Assembly (NCBI GenBank): GCA_043820045.1 | Contig: JBDREF010000377.1 | Span: 1 to 60,735, forward strand | Length of the DNA stretch: 60,735 nucleotides | Reading direction: 5' to 3' | From: Planctomycetota bacterium | GTDB lineage: Bacteria > Planctomycetota > Phycisphaerae > Sedimentisphaerales > Anaerobacaceae | In this document: positions 52,773 through 60,448 of the stretch, in pieces | Position numbering within the stretch: position 1 is the first letter of the stretch | Layout: each line of letters starts with the position of its first letter | The notes under the pieces: model-generated | Told to the model about the DNA's origin: nothing | The model's database searches: none | What the model saw: only the letters and a program-made list of their open reading frames with translations | Program-made: the position numbers and the translations under genes

Positions 52773-52844
52773 ATGCAGTTCGAATGAGACCCGAAAAAGG
52801 CTTAGTCGAACCAGGGCAAGCACAAGATGGCTTTTGAAACATGA
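52773..52844 (+). pseudogene. BrnT (DUF497)-like toxin remnant: first ~23 codons only, with two in-frame stops
   Basis: Reads M-Q-F-E-stop(TGA)-D-P-K-K-A-stop(TAG)-S-N-Q-G-K-H-K-M-A-F-E-T-stop. With TGA read as TGG (Trp) this matches the DUF497 N-terminal signature M.FEWD..KA..N..KHG..FEEA. The rest of the toxin is absent. Confidence 0.6.
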
Positions 52845-53038
52845 AATCGGAAAATAATCGTGATGACTTGCGTCCCGAATACGACTTTGACTATTCCAAG
52901 GCCGTCCGTGGCAAATATAGCAAGCATTTGTTGCGAGAAGGGGCCAATGTGGTGGTCCTCGAACCGGATGTGGCCCAGCTTCGGTCCGCCGGGCGTAAAA
53001 GGAAATCATGCCAACGACAGAAAGAAGGAGAGGACGGA
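52841..53038 (+). pseudogene. BrnA/antitoxin-like small ORF with a degenerate C-terminus, running in-frame into the next gene
   Basis: MKSENNRDDLRPEYDFDYSKAVRGKYSKHLLREGANVVVLEPDVAQ matches the EYDF..A.RGKY...VVL.PDVA pattern of small antitoxin partners. After DVAQ the expected tail is replaced by LRSAGRKRKSCQRQKEGEDG, and there is no stop before ATG 53039. Confidence 0.4.
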
Positions 53039-53311
53039 ATGCCGACCATTTCCATGTTTTACGGGGTTCTCATTCGGATGTTCTTTCGCGATGCCGAGAA
53101 ACATCACACGCCGCACATCCATGCCGATTACCAAGGTAAAGTAGCCGTGTACTCAGTCCCTGATGGAACCCTTCTGGCAGGTGAACTGCCTCTGAACAAG
53201 CACAAACTGGTCGTCGCATGGATCGAGATTCATCAAGAAGATTTACTGGCCGACTGGGACCTGGCTGTGAACGGCAAGAAGCCGTTTCCGATTAAAGGGC
53301 TTGACCAATGA
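53039..53311 (+). CDS. DUF4160-family protein
   Basis: MPTISMFYGVLIRMFFRDAEKHHTPHIHADYQG is the characteristic DUF4160 N-terminus. An AAGGAG Shine-Dalgarno sequence lies 10 nt upstream. Confidence 0.8.
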   Translation: MPTISMFYGVLIRMFFRDAEKHHTPHIHADYQGKVAVYSVPDGTLLAGELPLNKHKLVVAWIEIHQEDLLADWDLAVNGKKPFPIKGLDQ

Positions 53312-53589
53312 GAATTAGAGAACTCCGTCCCCAACCGAATTGGGTCTTGTCCATCGTTGCAGACGACGGCCGCGTCGGCAGTTTTGACGTCAGTCCCTAT
53401 CTGGAGTATGAAGCGTTTGCAGACCTGCGCAACCCCAGCGAGTTTATGAAGATCTCCAATGGTGGATACTTCGTCGAATGGGAGTGCGGCGCTGACTTGT
53501 CGGCAGATACGATTGAGGCGCACTGGCGTGTCATGCGGGCAGGAAACCAGAACTCCTCGTCTTGTGCGGATCAGTCAAATCGTTGTTAG
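53308..53589 (+). CDS. DUF2442-family protein
   Basis: 93 aa. Overlaps the DUF4160 gene through ATGA (4 nt). The L.I...DG....FDV.PYL....F..L.....F pattern matches the usual DUF4160 partner. Confidence 0.7.
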   Translation: MRIRELRPQPNWVLSIVADDGRVGSFDVSPYLEYEAFADLRNPSEFMKISNGGYFVEWECGADLSADTIEAHWRVMRAGNQNSSSCADQSNRC

Positions 53590-53978
53590 GCTACGAAAGA
53601 ATGATCTTTCCCGCTCGACACAACGTCTGACAAAGCGTTCCGCCGCCCGCAAGAACAAAACATCCACTCGGTGAACGTTTCGTTTCGCCGGTCTTTGTTA
53701 CATTCAGCCCCAAAAAGCAGGCTGGAGCTTTCCCCGAGACCGACACCCGTCCGATAAATAACTATTCCCAATCCACAATCAAACCAGAGATTCCTTGTTT
53801 GGGCTTTTACGTTTTGATTCTTGACTTCTTCTTATACCGCCTTACGCTTTGGCCGATGGTAGGTTAGACGAAAAGCCAGGGGGTTTGCACCTTAAATTCA
53901 AGCGTTGTGGAAATTGTACTGGGCACAGACTGCCCAATTAAATTGCTAAGCAGCATTGTGACGTGCGCGAGATACGAT

Positions 53979-54760
53979 ATGAGTTCAGTATACTTAGTCA
54001 ATGTCGGCACCAACGCCACGCATAAGAGCAAGGCACGCAGTCCTATCTTCGGAGACGGGTCTTTCGTATACGTATCTTACCCTGATGACAATGAAATCGT
54101 GGAGTATTCACCTAATATGCGTCACTTTGTGCGTGACCCAGACGAGCACAGAACCCACAGCGATCCTGACTGGGATAATTCGAGCTACGGTGACGACTGT
54201 TCGAATCCGAGGGCGTACGCACTGAAGAACGTCACCCCGGGTGACATTCTTCTTTTCTGGGGGCTGCTTTGGCAAAAGAGCAGGCGGAACAACGGGCATA
54301 ATTGGCATGCGTGTGGCTTTACAGGCGAAAAAGGCTGGTATCTTCTGGGTACTCTCCGAGTCGAAGAAATCGTGGAGGGTGGACAGCATATTAACCAAGT
54401 TACTCCCCAGAACCGGGATCGGGCACATAAGACATCCATTTCGCTGGGCATTTTGTGCTGCCTAAAAACGACCGAGTTTTTCTGGGCGACCAAGTTTATT
54501 CAAGATCTTTTAATAGAGCTGTCGATCTTGGTGTGCGAAATCAAGGTGGTCTCATCTACATAGCGTTCACATCCGCCGACGACAATCTCCTGCACTTTAA
54601 GGGCAGACCTCGCTGGTACAACAGTTTGCGCACGTGCCGGGAAATGTGGGATCTCAACAATGCTAAACAGCGTGAAAAAGCTGAGATCGTCAGAGACGCA
54701 ATCCGGAGAGTAAACGACGACTTTGACCTGCTCGAAAACGCAGAGTTCGATCCGAAATGA
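53979..54760 (+). pseudogene. Frameshifted conserved-hypothetical gene (about 260 codons across two frames)
   Basis: ORFs 53907..54563 and 54455..54760 read as a single protein if one nucleotide is restored near 54429-54431: ...QVTPQNRDRAH(K) joins DIHFAGHFVLPKNDRVFLGD.... The N-terminus MSSVYLVNVGTNATHKSKARSPIFGDGSF looks like a real conserved family that I cannot name with confidence. Confidence 0.55.
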
Positions 54761-54833
54761 GCCTATTCTTACAAGAGATCGGGTAAATAAAATATAACTA
54801 TAACTGACCGTGATTAGTTCTTGGAGCCTACAA

Positions 54834-55580
54834 ATGGAAAAGCTAATGGCAATAATGTTGGTTTTATTGGGGATGTTGGTTGGTGGTTGTGAAGAAGAGT
54901 CTGTCTCCTACCAACGAAAACCTGAACCTGACTTGGCGCGACAGGAAGAAGAAATCAGAGTTACGCAAGAAGCGCCGAGCAAGATGGCCGAAGACCCAGA
55001 CTTAACTTCGGAAACTCTCGTTGATAGCGCCAGTTTTGAAAGTTCAGTAGCAGCGGAGCCTAACCAGCCAGAAATCAAAGAAGTGAACAAACCTATCTTC
55101 GGGGTCTATCTGGGAGAGCCTTTCAAGAAGCTATCTGAAAGAGCTCGTGAGGAATGGAAGTATGACCTGGTCCAGACGCGTGAATCTATCCCATTCTCAG
55201 GTCTGGAAGGTGCAACGATTCGGGTACAAGGCAGAGCAAACGACGGACCTTTATATATCTACCTTTCTGAGCCTTTTGAAGAAAGAGTGGTCATGCTCGA
55301 GAAGAACTTTTTCGATGTTTCCGTTGATAGGTACCGAGAAATAAGGGAAGCTCTCAAGAAACAATACCCTGAGGCTGACTGGAATGAGGTGGTAGGGACT
55401 TATGCAGTCCTACGCGGATTAGTAAAGATAGATGAACAAGTCGTGGCCATTGCCCTCTACTGTGTTGTGGGGTATGGTAACGACGCGCTACAATTGTTCT
55501 ATGGTCATGAAACCTTATTTGAGCGAACCACTAAAGAAGTTGAACTGCGGAAAGAGAAAGGACTTCACGACAATTTATAG
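54834..55580 (+). CDS. Hypothetical lipoprotein (low-GC orphan)
   Basis: MEKLMAIMLVLLGMLVGGC lipobox. A GGAG Shine-Dalgarno sequence lies 8 nt upstream. The acidic linker and following ~170 aa domain have no recognisable motif. Confidence 0.65.
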   Translation: MEKLMAIMLVLLGMLVGGCEEESVSYQRKPEPDLARQEEEIRVTQEAPSKMAEDPDLTSETLVDSASFESSVAAEPNQPEIKEVNKPIFGVYLGEPFKKLSERAREEWKYDLVQTRESIPFSGLEGATIRVQGRANDGPLYIYLSEPFEERVVMLEKNFFDVSVDRYREIREALKKQYPEADWNEVVGTYAVLRGLVKIDEQVVAIALYCVVGYGNDALQLFYGHETLFERTTKEVELRKEKGLHDNL

Positions 55581-55672
55581 GCTCTGTTCGAAAAAAGGAA
55601 AAACGAGAAAAACGAGAGGAAGGACCTACTATCCACCCGAAGAGCAAGTTCATGATAAAGAAAGGATGAAAA

Positions 55673-56050
55673 ATGTGTAATCACCCAAATGACGAAGTGG
55701 TACAAAGACTCTTATCCAAGATTGGGCAAGAAGTCTGTTATACTTTTCCTGGAGGTGAGGATGACCTAAGGGGGACATTAGAAGACCGTGCCGTAATCGT
55801 ATCCCCAGCCCAACCTGGTACTGTGCCCTATTGGGACGTAGTCGATCGCATCAGATTTAACGACAAAGAAGAACCATGGATGCGGTTCGGCTATTATCGA
55901 AGAGCAAACCACAGACTGATCTGGTGTAGCCAAACAACCCTCACGGAACCCGAGTCCACGTGGAAAAGACTTTTGATCGACTCAGCTCGAAAGAAAGAGT
56001 GGCTTCGTGAGTTACTCAAGGAAGTTTGCAGGGAATTAAACAAAGAATGA
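55673..56050 (+). CDS. Hypothetical protein (125 aa)
   Basis: An AAGGA Shine-Dalgarno sequence lies 7 nt upstream. The YWDVVDRIRF......WMRFGYYRR segment looks like a folded domain, but I recognise no family. Confidence 0.55.
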   Translation: MCNHPNDEVVQRLLSKIGQEVCYTFPGGEDDLRGTLEDRAVIVSPAQPGTVPYWDVVDRIRFNDKEEPWMRFGYYRRANHRLIWCSQTTLTEPESTWKRLLIDSARKKEWLRELLKEVCRELNKE

Positions 56051-56497
56051 CTATTGTTCGCTCAGGGCTTCGATGTCGGCGGCGTCTTTTCTTCTACCGG
56101 TTGCCCTCTTGTTGGCAATGAAGTCTTTACGGCCAATAAAACAAACCGGTATCTGGCCGTATTCGCCGGGAACTTTACCTGCATCGGCCTTTTCCCACGA
56201 GACACCGCTGATGCTCGTAACGATGTCGATGCGTATCGGAGGAACGCCAAGCTGGACGACCTTGCCCGGCATAGTGAAATCGTCCTCAGATAAATCCAGC
56301 GATCCAAAGCCGAATTCGTTCAGAGCAGCGAGGATACGCTCGGCGTTTTCACGGACTGGCCTGATAAACAGGTCGATGTCACCGGTAAAACGCGGGGCAC
56401 CGTGAAAAGCTAAAGCGTAGCCGCCTATGATGAGGTATTCAACTTTGTTCTTGTTGAACAACTCGAGCAACTCTTTGAAGTCTGTGCGAATCTCCAT
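56051..56497 (-). CDS. Small nucleotidyltransferase-fold protein (minimal NTase)
   Basis: Contains VEYLIIGGYALAFHGAPRFTGDIDLFI (a GG...hG...T.D.D NTase motif). 148-155 aa. Two possible ATG starts: 56497 or 56518. Confidence 0.7.
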   Translation of the reverse strand: MEIRTDFKELLELFNKNKVEYLIIGGYALAFHGAPRFTGDIDLFIRPVRENAERILAALNEFGFGSLDLSEDDFTMPGKVVQLGVPPIRIDIVTSISGVSWEKADAGKVPGEYGQIPVCFIGRKDFIANKRATGRRKDAADIEALSEQ

Positions 56498-56627
56498 AAT
56501 ACTCGGCTCTGAGGGCATCGACCGCTGCGAGGCGCTCCTGCGGCGGGCGGCTGAGCCAATATTTAAGGTTCTGCTCTATCTCCGAGAAGTTATTTAACTC
56601 GTATTTCTTTACAGTCTTGCGAATCAT
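56439..56627 (-). CDS. Small conserved-looking partner protein (62 aa) upstream of the NTase
   Basis: MIRKTVKKYELNNFSEIEQNLKYWLSRPPQERLAAVDALRAEYYGDSHRLQRVARVVQQEQS. The pattern F.E.E....YW...P.ERL.A...LR..YYG....LQRV recalls small proteins often found next to minimal NTases. Confidence 0.5.
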   Translation of the reverse strand: MIRKTVKKYELNNFSEIEQNLKYWLSRPPQERLAAVDALRAEYYGDSHRLQRVARVVQQEQS

Positions 56628-56660
56628 ACTCTTAATTATACCATAAGCATACGGATTGTG

Positions 56661-57002
56661 CTAATCAAACCATTCGTCTTCGGGGTCGAAGGGGGGGATT
56701 GAGACGTTTACGATCTTCATCTTTCCTACGGCCCGGTGGCGACAGCCGGGCTTGATGAAAATCGCGGTCAAAGGCGTCACCGGCACCCGCTGGCCGTCCA
56801 GCTCCATTTCTCCGTTGCCTTCGAGGACGAAGTAAATTTCGGTTAGCTTCTTGTGATAGTGCACGCGCGAATCGACCTGGATATCGACTACGTGCATCGT
56901 GGCCGTGGTGTTGTCGGGGCCCAGGAAGGCCCTCTTGGAAAAGCCGCACGGGCACTTCACCGCGTCAATCTCGTCGAATCGTGCAATCATGTAATTCGCC
57001 AT
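56661..57002 (-). CDS. Cupin-domain protein
   Basis: 113 aa. Cupin motifs: HYHKKLTEIYFVLEGNGEMELDG and IKPGCRHRA. Confidence 0.8.
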   Translation of the reverse strand: MANYMIARFDEIDAVKCPCGFSKRAFLGPDNTTATMHVVDIQVDSRVHYHKKLTEIYFVLEGNGEMELDGQRVPVTPLTAIFIKPGCRHRAVGKMKIVNVSIPPFDPEDEWFD

Positions 57003-57045
57003 ATTCTACCCTTCACAATGCCGACACACCCAAAACGAAAGATTC

Positions 57046-57074
57046 TTGAACTCCCAATCGGCCTGTTGTATATT
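57046..57074 (+). promoter_or_regulatory. Candidate promoter of the SDR-sulfatase-HAD cluster, followed by an 11 nt palindrome
   Basis: TTGAAC (57046-57051), a 17 nt spacer, then TATATT (57069-57074). The palindrome TGATTTAATCA sits at 57089-57099, where an operator would be expected. Confidence 0.45.
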
Positions 57075-57122
57075 CTGCTGGAATCGTGTGATTTAATCAA
57101 GAGTTGAGTGAGGACGAACATT

Positions 57123-57941
57123 ATGAACGATTTATTCGACGTAAAAGGCAAGGCAATCGTAATTACCGGTGGCGGCGGCGTTCTCTGCGGCACAATGGCG
57201 AGGGCTCTGGCTGAAGCCGGGGCAAGAATCGCCATACTGGATTTGAGCGAAGCGGCGGCGGGCGAAGTCGCCGATGAAATCAAATCCAAAGGCGGCACAG
57301 CCATACCGGTCAAGTGCAACGTACTCGACAGAGAGAGCATCGAAGCGGCCAGCGAGAAAATCAAAGCCGAGTTCGGGAAAGTTGACGCCCTTATCAACGG
57401 GGCCGGCGGAAACAAGAAGGAAGCGACCACTTCACCGGACTTGTCCTTCTTCGACCTGCCGAGCGAGGCCATCCGCTTCGTCTTCGAGCTTAATTTCATC
57501 GGCACTCTGCTGCCGACCCAGGTATTCGGAAAAGAGATGGCCGACAACGGCGCAGGCATAATCCTGAACGTATCGAGCATGAGCGCCATCAGCCCTTTGA
57601 CCAAGATTCCGGGCTATTCGGCGGCCAAGGCGGCAGTCAGCAACTTCACGCAGTGGCTGGCCGTCCACGTCTGCCAGAACTATTCCAAAGAAATCCGAGT
57701 CAATGCAATCGCGCCGGGATTCTTCCTGACCGAGCAGAACCGGTTCCTTCTGACGGATGAGAAGACCGGCGAGCTGACCGCTCGCGGCAAGACCATTATA
57801 GACCATACGCCGATGGGAAGATTCGGCCAGGCCGAAGAGCTGATCGGAACCGTCGTGTGGCTGCTTAGCGACGCTGCAAAGTTCGTCACCGGGATCGTCG
57901 TCCCCATCGACGGCGGATTCTCGGCGTTCAGCGGCGTATAA
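57123..57941 (+). CDS. SDR-family oxidoreductase (UxuB / sugar-acid reductase-like)
   Basis: Contains VITGGGGVLCG, NGAGGN and YSAAKAAV. ATG 57123 has an AGGA Shine-Dalgarno sequence; the ORF-track start is GTG 57108. Confidence 0.85.
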   Translation: MNDLFDVKGKAIVITGGGGVLCGTMARALAEAGARIAILDLSEAAAGEVADEIKSKGGTAIPVKCNVLDRESIEAASEKIKAEFGKVDALINGAGGNKKEATTSPDLSFFDLPSEAIRFVFELNFIGTLLPTQVFGKEMADNGAGIILNVSSMSAISPLTKIPGYSAAKAAVSNFTQWLAVHVCQNYSKEIRVNAIAPGFFLTEQNRFLLTDEKTGELTARGKTIIDHTPMGRFGQAEELIGTVVWLLSDAAKFVTGIVVPIDGGFSAFSGV

Positions 57942-57961
57942 ACAGGAAAGGAAAATAATCA

Positions 57962-59500
57962 ATGGCGGGCAAAGGTACTTCCAGAAGAGACTTTCTAAAA
58001 TCCGTCGGTGTCGCTTCGCTGGCGGTGGGCCTGCAAACCACTGCAGGGGCTGCCCCGAAGCTCGAAAGAATTTCAGGCGCAAAACCGCGGAACGTCGTAT
58101 TCATACTCAGCGACGACCATCGCTACGATTTCATGGGCTTTCTGGGCAAACCGAAGTTCCTCGAAACGCCCAACATGGACCGCATGGCCCGCGAAGGCGC
58201 TTACATCCGAAATGCCTTCGTCACGACGTCCCTCTGCTCGCCGAGCCGTGCTTCGATCCTAACCGGTCAGTTCTCGCACCGGCACGGCGTCGTGGACAAC
58301 CAGACCCCCATCCGCGAGGATGTCGTCTTCTTCCCGCAGTACCTGCAGCAAATCGGCTACGAGACCGCCTTCATGGGCAAGTGGCACATGGGTCACGAAG
58401 ACGACGCGCCCCGGCCCGGCTTCGACAAGTGGATAAGCTTCCGCGGACAGGGCGTCTATAACGACCCGGCGCTCAACATCGACGGCAGGCAGGTGAAAAC
58501 CAAGGGTCAGATTTCCGACCTGCTGACCGACTACGCCGTCGAGTGGCTCGAAAGGCAGCGAAGCAAGCCGTTCTTCCTGTACCTCTCGCATAAGGCGGTC
58601 CACGCCATGTTCGAGCCGGCCAAGCGGCACCTCGGCAGGTACGAGAACGCCGAACTCGAATACCCCAAGAGCATGGCCGATACGCCCGAGAACTATGCCG
58701 GCAAGCCCGCGTGGGTCAAGGAGCAACGCAACAGTTGGCACGGCGTCGATTACATGTACCACGGGGACATGGACTTCGATACTTTCTACAAACGATACTG
58801 TGAAACATTGCTGGGCGTTGACGACAGCATCGGTCGCGTACTCAAGTGCCTCGAAGACAAGGGGCTGGCCGAGTCCACCCTCGTCGTCTATATGGGCGAC
58901 AACGGCTTTTGCTTCGGCGAACAGGGTCTCATCGACAAGCGCCACATGTACGAGCCGTCGATGCGCGTTCCGATGCTGGCCCTCTGTCCCGACCTTATTA
59001 AACCCGGCACTGTCGTCGAGAATCTGGTCCAGAATATCGACATCGCTCCGACCGTCCTGGAGGCCGCCGGAGGCCGCACACCCGAGAGCATGGACGGCCG
59101 GTCAATCATACCGCTGCTCTCCGTAAGGAGTCCCAAGGACGGCGGCAGGGACGTACCGTGGCGCGACGCCGTATTTTATGAGTACTACTGGGAGGCCAAC
59201 TACCCCCAGACACCGACAACCTTCGGCGTCCGGACGGACCGCTACAAGTTTATCCACTACCACGGTGTCTGGGACACCGACGAACTCTACGATCTCAAGA
59301 ACGACCCCGAAGAGATGCACAACCTTATCGACGAGCCGGAACACGCCAGGCTCATCGAGCAGTTGCGAACGCGAATGTACGACTGGCTCGAACAGACCGA
59401 CGGCCTGAATATCCCGCTGCGGCGAGAAAAGGGCTTCAAGGGCGACAAACGGGGCCCGAAGAAAGTTAAAGAATACCTATATCACTCAGACGAAAAATGA
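57962..59500 (+). CDS. Tat-exported sulfatase (formylglycine-dependent)
   Basis: SRRDFLKSVGVASLAV Tat signal, LCSPSRASILTG (CxPxR) motif and GKWH.G. 512 aa. Confidence 0.92.
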   Translation: MAGKGTSRRDFLKSVGVASLAVGLQTTAGAAPKLERISGAKPRNVVFILSDDHRYDFMGFLGKPKFLETPNMDRMAREGAYIRNAFVTTSLCSPSRASILTGQFSHRHGVVDNQTPIREDVVFFPQYLQQIGYETAFMGKWHMGHEDDAPRPGFDKWISFRGQGVYNDPALNIDGRQVKTKGQISDLLTDYAVEWLERQRSKPFFLYLSHKAVHAMFEPAKRHLGRYENAELEYPKSMADTPENYAGKPAWVKEQRNSWHGVDYMYHGDMDFDTFYKRYCETLLGVDDSIGRVLKCLEDKGLAESTLVVYMGDNGFCFGEQGLIDKRHMYEPSMRVPMLALCPDLIKPGTVVENLVQNIDIAPTVLEAAGGRTPESMDGRSIIPLLSVRSPKDGGRDVPWRDAVFYEYYWEANYPQTPTTFGVRTDRYKFIHYHGVWDTDELYDLKNDPEEMHNLIDEPEHARLIEQLRTRMYDWLEQTDGLNIPLRREKGFKGDKRGPKKVKEYLYHSDEK

Positions 59501-60408
59501 CGGCAGATGACCCGGCAAGACCGCTAAGAGAATTAAAACCTGCAAAGAAGTTTTTCGTGGGCATCGATTCCGACGGTTGCGCCTTCGATACGATGGGCAT
59601 CAAACAGCGCGAGTGTTTCTGCCCGTGGCTGATAGCATTTTTCGGCCTGCAACCTGTGGCCCGGGCCGCCCGCGAGTGCAAGGACTTCGCCGACCTGTTT
59701 TCCAGGACGCGCGGCGCCAACCGGCACAAGACCACCAAGCGCATCATAGCCGAGCTACTGCCGAACCACCCAGAGACAGCGGCCAGGGGCTTTAAGGTCC
59801 CACAGTACCCGCACTATTTCGCCTGGGTCGATGACCCCAAGAGCCTGTTGAGCAACGACGGCCTGAAAAAAGCCATCGACGAGGCCGCCGACCCGGAGGC
59901 CAGAAAGGAGCTGGCTCTTGCGCTTGAGTGGAGCGAACGCGTCAACTGGGCCATCGGCGAGACCGTCAAGAACTTGCCGCCGTTTCCGTACGTGCGCGAG
60001 AGCCTGCAGAAAATCCAGCCTTCCGCCGACGTAGTAGTCGTCTCGGCCACGCCCGACGAGGCGCTGCGGCGTGAGTGGCAAGAGCATGATATCGCCAAAT
60101 ATGCGGCCGTCATTGCCGGCCAGGAGATGGGGACGAAGACTCAGCATCTCCGCTACGCCACTAAGGGCAAGTATGAAAAGAATCACGTCCTGATGATCGG
60201 CGACGCGATGGGCGATATGAAGGCCGCCAGGGCCAACGACGCCCTGTTTTACCCGATCAATCCCGGCGACGAGATACAATCGTGGAAGCGTTTTCACGAC
60301 GAGGCGTTCGACAAGTTCGTCAAAGGCGAATACGCCGGTCCGTACGAAGAGAAAGTGATTGCGGAATTCGATTCGTATCTGCCGGAACTGCCCCCTTGGG
60401 AACGCTGA
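59497..60408 (+). CDS. HAD-superfamily hydrolase
   Basis: Contains FFVGIDSDGCAFDTM (DxD motif I), VVVSATP and MIGDAMGDMKAA (motif IV). Overlaps the sulfatase stop by 4 nt. Confidence 0.75.
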   Translation: MTADDPARPLRELKPAKKFFVGIDSDGCAFDTMGIKQRECFCPWLIAFFGLQPVARAARECKDFADLFSRTRGANRHKTTKRIIAELLPNHPETAARGFKVPQYPHYFAWVDDPKSLLSNDGLKKAIDEAADPEARKELALALEWSERVNWAIGETVKNLPPFPYVRESLQKIQPSADVVVVSATPDEALRREWQEHDIAKYAAVIAGQEMGTKTQHLRYATKGKYEKNHVLMIGDAMGDMKAARANDALFYPINPGDEIQSWKRFHDEAFDKFVKGEYAGPYEEKVIAEFDSYLPELPPWER

Positions 60409-60448
60409 AGACAAATTCCGTTTTCAACAGAGAAGAGGAAGCATACCG

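Noticed and set aside
52315-52787. ORFs of 105-126 aa on both strands between tRNA-Thr(CGU) and the brnT remnant
   Set aside because: One of them overlaps the tRNA. All are R/C/G-rich with no start context. The region reads better as non-coding island-border DNA.
54426-54434. Programmed -1 ribosomal frameshift joining ORFs 53907..54563 and 54455..54760
   Set aside because: There is no X-XXY-YYZ slippery heptamer and no obvious downstream stimulatory hairpin at the junction. In an island with other decayed genes, a 1 nt indel is the simpler explanation.
52253-56640. Classical tRNA-targeted integrative element
   Set aside because: There is no integrase gene. I saw no repeat of the tRNA 3' half at the far border, and the accessory DNA lies on the 5' side of the tRNA. 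I therefore call it only a compositional island.
56987-60414. Series of antisense ORFs (56987-57604, 57432-58082, 58259-58945, 59755-60414) opposite the SDR, sulfatase and HAD genes
   Set aside because: The sense-strand genes carry definitive motifs (GGGG/YxxxK, CxPxR, DxD). These are high-GC antisense frames with no independent support.
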